Positions 56,919-64,000 of a stretch of DNA of 64,000 nucleotides are shown piece by piece (positions within the stretch are counted from its first letter, which is position 1; every line of letters begins with the position of its first letter). Origin of the DNA: a virus (lineage: Duplodnaviria; Caudoviricetes); IMG/VR virus record IMGVR_UViG_2630968879_000020, positions 1 to 64,000 of that record, one strand, 5' to 3'. The notes below the pieces were generated by a model. It was not told the DNA's origin, ran no database searches, and worked only from the letters and a program-made list of their open reading frames with translations. The position numbers were made by a program, and so were the translations under genes.

Positions 56919-59900
56919 GTGAAAAAAGAAAAAATATTCATTGCGGGAGCTGGTGGTGGTGGTGGTGATCGCCCAAGACAGTCTATTGAAGCCCCTGATA
57001 ATGTTGAGTCCAAAACACTTGCTTCAATGCTAGATTTATTGGGAGAAGGTGTAATTGGTGGTTTGAAAAATGGCGGTCAGTCTATCTTTTTGGACGACGT
57101 GCCTTTGTTAAACCCTGACAGCTCGCCTAACTTCAATGGAGTGAAGTTTTGGGAAAGAAGAGGGGAACAAAACCAAGATCCAATGGATGGTTTTGACGAT
57201 ATTGAAACGCCTTATAATGTTGCAACACAGCTTAAGGCTACAACACCTAAGACATTGCAAGTGGATAATGATGATGCCGACCGAGTACGGATCATCATGG
57301 AATTCCCCCGTATGACTTCAACCGACAAAGAAAACGGAGACATAAATGGGACGGAGGTAAAATTTCAGTTTCAATTAGCCATAGGTGAAAATTCGTTTAA
57401 GCCAGTCATTCCGTTAGACCATAAAGATAGTACGATTAAGATTGCCAAGAAATCGAGCGGTAAATTTCAGCGGGAATATTTTATTGATTTACCTAAGCCC
57501 GGCAAAAATTACCGTATTAAGATTATTCGATTTACGCCTGATACTAATAGCGATTACCTGCACAACAAAACCGTAGTGGCATCCTACGGGGAAATCGTAT
57601 TTGCAAAAATGGCATATCCTAACAGTGCGATTGTTGGGATCACCATTGATTCACAGGAATTTGGTGGAAATATGCCTCGTCGTTCATACCTTGTTTCGGG
57701 TATGAAAATTCGAGTCCCTTCAAATTATCGTTCTTCCGACAACAGCTATCAGGGAGATTGGGACGGTGGCTTTGATATTCAGGTGTCATCTAACCCTGCA
57801 TGGATTCTTTATGACCTACTGACGAACAAACGATACGGTTTGGGTAATTTCGTCAACGAATATATGATAGATACCGGTCAGTTCTATCAGATAGGACGAT
57901 ATTGCGATCAAGAAGTCCCTAATGGCTTCGGTGGTATGGAGAAACGGTTCACTATTAATACAGTGATTGCTAGCCGTCAGGAGGCATATAAGGTCATTTC
58001 TGACATTGCTTCGGTTTTCCGAGGCATGGTGTTTTGGGCTGGTGGTATGATAAACCTCCGACAAGATAGCCCGGCTACACCAGTCATGCAGTTTTCAGCA
58101 TCAAATATCATCGATAAAGTCATCCGTAAGGGATCTTCACGAAAAGATCGCCCAACAGTTGCCGTTGTTACATACAACGATAAGGATGATCTTTACAAGC
58201 AAAATATTGAATACGTCGAGGATGAGGAGGCCAAGAAACGCTTTGGGATTCGTAAAACAGAGTCGCTAGCGTTTGGGTGTACCAGTCGGGGACAAGCGTA
58301 CAGAACTGGTTTGTGGCTGCTTTATACTTCGAAAATGGAGACAGATGTTGTTATCTTCAAGGCAGGGATCGATAGTTCGTTTCTGGTTCCCGGTGAATTG
58401 GTAAAACTGCAAGATAAATATCGTTCTGGTAAGCGTAATTCGGGGCGTATTAAGTCTTTTACCCAAAATAGCATAACACTGGACGCGCCAGTACGACTGG
58501 ATAAAGAGGGAGCATTTATCACGTTTCTAACAGTTGACAGCCGTATGATAGATCGCAACTTACTTGAATCGGCTGGCGAATACCAGACTGTAACGTTTAA
58601 AGAGCCTATTGATACGGGTGACGAGCCAATGGAAATGGGTATCTGGACGATCACTGAGCCTGATTTAGAACCCGTTTTGATTCGTGTATTAAGTGTCAGA
58701 GAAGGTGATGAAAAAGGTACATTCGAAATCACCGGTGTTGAGCATAACCCCTCTAAATTTGAAGCTATTGACCGTGGTGCAATCCTTATTCCACCTAAAA
58801 CAAGTGTCTTAGATCCGACTTTCAGTAAACCAGTTGGATTGGATGTGACAGAGGCAACGTACCTTTCGTCACCGGGTAATCTGTCGGTGAAGTTAATTGT
58901 ATCTTGGGAAGGACGATCCCCTAAATATGTTCTCCGCTATCGCCGTAGTGATGTGGTGGATAATTGGATTCGGATGGAACTCACCGACAATCAATGTGAA
59001 ATACTGAATGTTGTGGATAGCGCTCGATATGATATTGAAGTTTTTGCGATCTCAATTACAGGTAGAAAAACCGAGACATTAGCAGCGACTTATACCACTC
59101 TTGGCACTTTAATGCCTCCGGGAGCACCTAAAAATCTGGCAGCCGTTGGAGACTACCGACAAATTGTGCTGACTTGGGTAAATCCTGAGGCTATCGACCT
59201 TGAAACTATTTATGTTTATGGCTCCCGAAAAAATAATTTTGAGACGGCGAGTCTTTTGGCAAAAATACCGTCAACAACTTTTACGCACTCTGGTTTGGAC
59301 GATGATGTTACATGGTATTACTGGGTAAGGGCTGTCAACAAGCGGGGAATGTTAAGTCCAGTAAATACTAATTTAGGCACAAGCGCGACTACGAAAGATG
59401 TATTGTCTTTTTTGAGGAATAAAATCACTTCAAGCGAGCTTGGTAAAGAGTTACTCGAAGAGCTAGACTCCAAAGCTGTCAGCGAAGATCTTGAGGTAAT
59501 ACAAGATTTGGTTGATAAGTCGGAGAGAAAAATTGACTCTATACAAGATTTAGTTGATGTATCAGAGAAAAAAATTGAGGCAATACAAGATCTGTTCGAA
59601 GTATCAGATAAAAAGATTCATGAAATTGACAAAATAACCGGTGAAATTAAAGCATCACAAGAGATCCTAAACTCTTCCGTAGAAACAGTAAAAGAGAGTG
59701 CTAAAAAAGCTCTGCAAGACTCAGATAGCAACGCTTCTAAGATTGTCAAAATCAAAAGTACTGTCTATGAGCAAGATAAAAAGCTTGCTTCAACGTTAGA
59801 GGCCATTCAGACGGTAAAAGGCAATATAGAAGCCGTCTTGATTGAAGAGAAAAGATCTCGTATCGAAGGGGATAAAGCAACAACTGAAAAAGTTGAATTG

Positions 59901-61715
59901 ATCGAAACAAAAATAGACAGCCACGATGTAGCCATTAAAAGAGCCGAATCTACAGCGATTGATGCTGAGAAGACAATCGCTCGCGTTACCGGCTCAGTTG
60001 AAGCTGTTGCTAAAGCCGCTATTGATACGGCGTTAAAAGGTGAAGAAGAAGTTAGGGAACAACGCGATACCAATGCCAAGATATTCACGGATCAGAAAGT
60101 TATTGTCGATGGGCAACAGGCATTGTCTCAAAAAATAGAAACAATGACCGCTGAGTTCAACCAAAACATAAAAGCTCAATTAAATGAGGAAAAGCAAACG
60201 AGGGCAAGCGCGGATGAAGCATTGTCTAAGCAAGTTACACAATTAACAAGTGAAATAAACCAAAACATCAAAGCACAGCTAAGTGAAGAGAAACAAGCAA
60301 GAACAAATGCAGATGAGGCATTATCTAAACAGATCACACAACTGAAAAGTGAGGTCGATCAGAGCGTCAAGGCTCAATTAAATGAAGAAAAACAAACGAG
60401 GGTAAATGCAGATGAAGCATTGTCTCAGCAGGTTCTACAACTAAAAACGGATGTTGACCAAAACATCACTGCTCAATTGAATGAGGAAAAACAAGCGAGA
60501 GCTAATGCGGATGAAGCTCTATCTAAGCAAGTTACTCAACTGAAAAGCGATGTTGACCAAAACATCACTGCTCAATTGCATGAGGAAAAACAAGCGAGAG
60601 CTAATGCGGATGAAGCTCTATCTAAGCAAGTTACTCAACTGAAAAGCGATGTTAACCAAAATATCACAGCCCAATTGAATGAAGAAAAACAAACACGGGC
60701 GAATGCTGATGGAGCATTATCTACACAAATTACCCAATTGAAAAGTGAAGTCGATCAAAATATCAAAGCTCAGTTAAGTGAGGAAAAACAAACACGGGCG
60801 AATGCTGATGAATCATTATCTAAGCAAATAACTCAGTTGAGAAGCGAAACTGGGATAAACATCAAATCTCAACTTGATGAGGAAAAAAATACCCGAGCAA
60901 CTAAAGATGAAGCGCTATCTCAAAGTGTTGAACGACTCAAGACACAGACCAGTAAGGATATTGAAGCAGCCGTATTAGCGGAAAAAAATGCACGTACAAC
61001 CTCTGAGAGGAGTCTGGCCGATAGTGTCAATGTATTGAGTGCAAAGACCCAAAAAGATATTGCCAGTGCGGTATCCAGTGAAGCCAACGCAAGGGCAACC
61101 AGAGATGATGCCTTAGCAGGGGAAATATCTAAAGTTCTGGCAAAAACCAATGCTAATGAGGCTGCTGTAAGAACAGAACAGACAGCGCGTGCGAATGGTG
61201 ATTCGGCACTGGGGAAACGGATAGATACAATTCAAACAACAGTCAATGGAAATACAGCCACTGTTCAGCAGACCACAAAAGCAGTAGCCGAACTTAATGG
61301 TAAAATCTCTGCATCTTGGAATCTGAAAGTAGAAACTGCTAAGGATGGGAAAAAGTATGCGGCAGGTATGACGCTAGGCGTGAATAACAATGCCTCACAA
61401 TTTCTTGTTCAGGCAGATCGATTTGGCTTAATAAATGTAAACAATGGTGCAGTAACAACCCCATTTGTTGTTGAAAATGGCACTACCTATATGAATGCCG
61501 CTTATATTAAAGATGGCTCAATAAGTAGTGGCAAGGTTGGAGATTTGCAATCTAACAACTATTCAGCAGGGAAAACTGGCTGGCGATTCGGCAAGAATGG
61601 TCAACTAGAAATGAATGGTCAAACTTCTGGACAAGGAAGACTAAATATCTCCAATAATCGTATTGATGTGTATGATGAAAAAGGAGTTTTAAGAGTTCGG
61701 ATCGGTTTGCTGTAA
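56919..61715 (+). CDS. Central tail tip/host specificity protein J
   Basis: LGEGVIGG, NPAWILYDLLT..RYG, FN3 region, coiled-coil repeats, VLRVRIG end. Confidence 0.95.
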   Translation: MKKEKIFIAGAGGGGGDRPRQSIEAPDNVESKTLASMLDLLGEGVIGGLKNGGQSIFLDDVPLLNPDSSPNFNGVKFWERRGEQNQDPMDGFDDIETPYNVATQLKATTPKTLQVDNDDADRVRIIMEFPRMTSTDKENGDINGTEVKFQFQLAIGENSFKPVIPLDHKDSTIKIAKKSSGKFQREYFIDLPKPGKNYRIKIIRFTPDTNSDYLHNKTVVASYGEIVFAKMAYPNSAIVGITIDSQEFGGNMPRRSYLVSGMKIRVPSNYRSSDNSYQGDWDGGFDIQVSSNPAWILYDLLTNKRYGLGNFVNEYMIDTGQFYQIGRYCDQEVPNGFGGMEKRFTINTVIASRQEAYKVISDIASVFRGMVFWAGGMINLRQDSPATPVMQFSASNIIDKVIRKGSSRKDRPTVAVVTYNDKDDLYKQNIEYVEDEEAKKRFGIRKTESLAFGCTSRGQAYRTGLWLLYTSKMETDVVIFKAGIDSSFLVPGELVKLQDKYRSGKRNSGRIKSFTQNSITLDAPVRLDKEGAFITFLTVDSRMIDRNLLESAGEYQTVTFKEPIDTGDEPMEMGIWTITEPDLEPVLIRVLSVREGDEKGTFEITGVEHNPSKFEAIDRGAILIPPKTSVLDPTFSKPVGLDVTEATYLSSPGNLSVKLIVSWEGRSPKYVLRYRRSDVVDNWIRMELTDNQCEILNVVDSARYDIEVFAISITGRKTETLAATYTTLGTLMPPGAPKNLAAVGDYRQIVLTWVNPEAIDLETIYVYGSRKNNFETASLLAKIPSTTFTHSGLDDDVTWYYWVRAVNKRGMLSPVNTNLGTSATTKDVLSFLRNKITSSELGKELLEELDSKAVSEDLEVIQDLVDKSERKIDSIQDLVDVSEKKIEAIQDLFEVSDKKIHEIDKITGEIKASQEILNSSVETVKESAKKALQDSDSNASKIVKIKSTVYEQDKKLASTLEAIQTVKGNIEAVLIEEKRSRIEGDKATTEKVELIETKIDSHDVAIKRAESTAIDAEKTIARVTGSVEAVAKAAIDTALKGEEEVREQRDTNAKIFTDQKVIVDGQQALSQKIETMTAEFNQNIKAQLNEEKQTRASADEALSKQVTQLTSEINQNIKAQLSEEKQARTNADEALSKQITQLKSEVDQSVKAQLNEEKQTRVNADEALSQQVLQLKTDVDQNITAQLNEEKQARANADEALSKQVTQLKSDVDQNITAQLHEEKQARANADEALSKQVTQLKSDVNQNITAQLNEEKQTRANADGALSTQITQLKSEVDQNIKAQLSEEKQTRANADESLSKQITQLRSETGINIKSQLDEEKNTRATKDEALSQSVERLKTQTSKDIEAAVLAEKNARTTSERSLADSVNVLSAKTQKDIASAVSSEANARATRDDALAGEISKVLAKTNANEAAVRTEQTARANGDSALGKRIDTIQTTVNGNTATVQQTTKAVAELNGKISASWNLKVETAKDGKKYAAGMTLGVNNNASQFLVQADRFGLINVNNGAVTTPFVVENGTTYMNAAYIKDGSISSGKVGDLQSNNYSAGKTGWRFGKNGQLEMNGQTSGQGRLNISNNRIDVYDEKGVLRVRIGLL
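60162..61151 (+). repeat. 99-bp (33-aa) tandem repeats in J, about 10 units
   Basis: QNIxAQLxEEKQxRANADEALSKQxTQLKSxVx. Confidence 0.9.
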
Positions 61716-61751
61716 ACAGCGTTATTTAGTGTGTTAATATCACTTTTATTG

Positions 61752-61769
61752 CAAGTAATTAAATACCTA
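61752..61769. promoter_or_regulatory. Phage-plasmid operator
   Basis: CAAGTA-ATTAAA-TACCTA upstream of the side fibre gene. Confidence 0.7.
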
Positions 61770-61795
61770 TCATATATCTAAAAGGGAGATATGGA

Positions 61796-64000
61796 ATGTG
61801 GTACAGGGAAGGTACTAATTCTTTTGTGAAAGACAGCAAAAAGGTTACAGGTGTTGGAACTCTTTGGTCACAAGCAAAGTATGGCGTTATGCCGGGCATG
61901 GTGCTTATTGGTTCTGATAATCTCCTATATGAAATTGAAAGGGTCCAGAATAATACAGAACTGACGTTAGTAGAGGCTTACAAGGGAAATACAATCAAGG
62001 ATCAACCCTGCCGTATTATTACTACTTACGAAGGAGATTTGTCACAATTTAGTGCGCGGTTCTCAGCCTTGCTTCACTCAATATCCGGTGATTCCCGTGA
62101 AATTAGAAATTGGTTAACGTCACCATCACCAGTCGTTATTGTTAGAGATGATGGTACTACATTCAAGGCAGATTCATTGGAAACAATCCATGCGGCGCAC
62201 AAAGCTCGTATAGAGTGGTTTGATAAAAATCAGACTCTGATTTCAGATGCAGGCAATCAAGCCGCAAATGCGGCTGGTTCAGCGAAAGCTGCAAAAGACT
62301 CACAAATAGCTGCTAAGGGCAGTGAAACGCAAGCGGCTAATTCTGCTAAATCGGCAAAGGATTTTCAAGTTGTAGCATCAGCATCTCAATCGGCCGCAAA
62401 AACGTCAGAAACGAATGCCAAGACATCTGAAATAAATGCTGCAAATTCAGCGAAAGCAGCGGCGATTTCACAAACTGCGGCTAAGGCATCAGAAACTAAT
62501 GCCGCGAACTCAGCTAAAGGGGCGAATATGTCTCAGGCGGCTGCAAAGGTTTCTGAAACTAACGCAGGTAATTTTTCTAAAGCAGGTAAAGCATCTGAAC
62601 TTGCTGCTAAGACCTCAGAGACTAACGCAAAATCATCCGAAGTTAGTGCTAAATCATCAGAGGCTAATGCTAAATCGTCTGCGAATACTGCGACAGAGAA
62701 AGCCAAACAAGCAACCGGTTCACAAGTAGCAGCAAAAGCCTCTGAAACTAATGCTGCATCATCCAAAGCTTCCTCAGCTCAATCTGCCTCTAATGCTTCG
62801 GCTTCTGCAAGCAAAGCAGAACAGGAAGCTAATAAAGCAATAAGTTCAGCCAATAACGCAGCAACCTCTGCATCTAGTGCGGCAAGTTCTGCAAATTCTG
62901 CAAAAACGTCTGAGTCTAACGCTAAGGCATCATCAAATAGCGCCTCCTCCTCAGAGAGAAATGCTAAGGCATCAGAAAATAATGCAGCAATATCTAAGTC
63001 AGCAGCCGAACAATCGGCAAAAGACGCAGCAAGTACTCTTGCCAAAATGGTGAATGATGCAAAGGTTGCAGATAACGCAGCCAAAGCCGCAAAGTTATCA
63101 GAGAATAACGCAAAGGTAAGCGAAACTGCTACGAAATCCTCAGAAACAAATGCTTCCAATGCAGCAAAAGCAGCTAAAGTCTCTCAAGACGCTGCAAAAA
63201 TTTCAGAAACCAATGCGGCAAATTCAGCAAAAATTTCCTCTACTTCTCAAATCGCAGCAAAAGCCTCAGAAACAGAGGCCGTGTCATCAAAAAATGCAGC
63301 ACAAGAAGCAGCAACCTTAGCAACTAAAAAAGCAGAATTAGCCGCAGTCTCTGAAAGTAAGGCTCAGGATGCTGCCAATAGAGCAACACTTGCGGCACAG
63401 GAAAAAGAAGATCTTCTCAAAGGGAAGACAATTGCAATAAGCCTCGGTTCGGGTAAAACCAGTTGGACAAAAATAGCTGAAGTAGATATGCCTCAAAATC
63501 CCGGCGTGCCTAGTACAGTTCGTATAGAGCTTATAGGAGGTAGTGGTTATAACGTGGGCGAGTATCCACAAACAGCGATGTCTGAGATTGTCTTACGCTC
63601 TGGTAATGGTTATCCCAAGGGGCTCAATGCTTCTCTCTATAGAACAAATACTTGTGCCGCGAATAAAGTGGCAACCATCAATACAGGAAATGATAAATAT
63701 GATGTTTATGTTCATTTCTATGGTTTTCCATTCAATTTGATTTGTAATGTACAACAAGCTAATGCCACGATATTAAATATAGGTAATTTATCAGGAGCAT
63801 TAGAAACCTTACCTGATGGAGTGCTGGAGGGTAAAACGTACAATTACGTTTTGGCTTCATCTGACGACCGCGGTAATCTATCAATTGATACCAATATATA
63901 TGGGCCGGGATTTGTTTCTGGAGCGCAAGGCAAGGATAGAACATGGCTAGAACCCAAAGAGGGTAATGCTTGTTGGTTAGCTAACATTGGCGATAAGTAT
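61796..64000 (+). CDS. Side tail fibre (Stf-like), runs off the window end
   Basis: MWYREGT start; Ala/Ser-rich SETNAK repeats; WTKIA..MPQ...GGSGYN...VLRSGNG fibre domain; absent from the ORF track because it has no stop. Confidence 0.9.
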   Translation, partial: MWYREGTNSFVKDSKKVTGVGTLWSQAKYGVMPGMVLIGSDNLLYEIERVQNNTELTLVEAYKGNTIKDQPCRIITTYEGDLSQFSARFSALLHSISGDSREIRNWLTSPSPVVIVRDDGTTFKADSLETIHAAHKARIEWFDKNQTLISDAGNQAANAAGSAKAAKDSQIAAKGSETQAANSAKSAKDFQVVASASQSAAKTSETNAKTSEINAANSAKAAAISQTAAKASETNAANSAKGANMSQAAAKVSETNAGNFSKAGKASELAAKTSETNAKSSEVSAKSSEANAKSSANTATEKAKQATGSQVAAKASETNAASSKASSAQSASNASASASKAEQEANKAISSANNAATSASSAASSANSAKTSESNAKASSNSASSSERNAKASENNAAISKSAAEQSAKDAASTLAKMVNDAKVADNAAKAAKLSENNAKVSETATKSSETNASNAAKAAKVSQDAAKISETNAANSAKISSTSQIAAKASETEAVSSKNAAQEAATLATKKAELAAVSESKAQDAANRATLAAQEKEDLLKGKTIAISLGSGKTSWTKIAEVDMPQNPGVPSTVRIELIGGSGYNVGEYPQTAMSEIVLRSGNGYPKGLNASLYRTNTCAANKVATINTGNDKYDVYVHFYGFPFNLICNVQQANATILNIGNLSGALETLPDGVLEGKTYNYVLASSDDRGNLSIDTNIYGPGFVSGAQGKDRTWLEPKEGNACWLANIGDKY

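Noticed and set aside
4054-61150. Numerous antisense or alternate-frame ORFs inside long genes
   Set aside because: Fully nested in well-supported CDSs, with no recognisable motifs
62436-63944. Short ORFs listed in the track near the window end
   Set aside because: Shadows of the open side tail fibre frame starting at 61796

Overview
64 kb of an SSU5/pHCM2/pMT1-type temperate phage-plasmid (siphovirus). The host is probably a Morganellaceae member such as Xenorhabdus or Photorhabdus; this is inferred from the IS982, S-pyocin and Ner/ash cargo. In order the window holds: the end of an IS982 and a P1/FIB-style iteron origin (repA not in the window); a DNA-metabolism block (sbcD, sbcC, ruvC, nrdAB, MazG-like, thyA, HAD-like, dfr, dNMP kinase, DEDDh exonuclease); an accessory region of about 19 kb (SOS-controlled HNH bacteriocin plus immunity, five TA pairs, adenine methyltransferase, tandem Hfq-like protein, C4/CI RNA-ner-cro, lipoproteins, IS remnants); an SF2 helicase; a ParB-ParB-ABC ATPase-GNAT module next to the terminase; and the head and lambda-like tail genes with a sixth TA pair inside, ending in a side tail fibre cut by the window edge. 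Strongest unexplained signals: (1) an approximately 480-nt highly paired non-coding RNA (21640-22129, minus) and a divergent RNA sharing sequence motifs (from about 22951), each with the phage operator abutting its -35; (2) an 18-bp operator TA(A/G/T)GTA-N6-TAC(C/T/A)TA at 13 sites; (3) two inverted copies of an AT-rich element with conserved GC arms; (4) the ParB/ABC/GNAT putative DNA-modification module; (5) tandem host NrdR boxes at nrdAB. All calls were made by eye, with no database searches.
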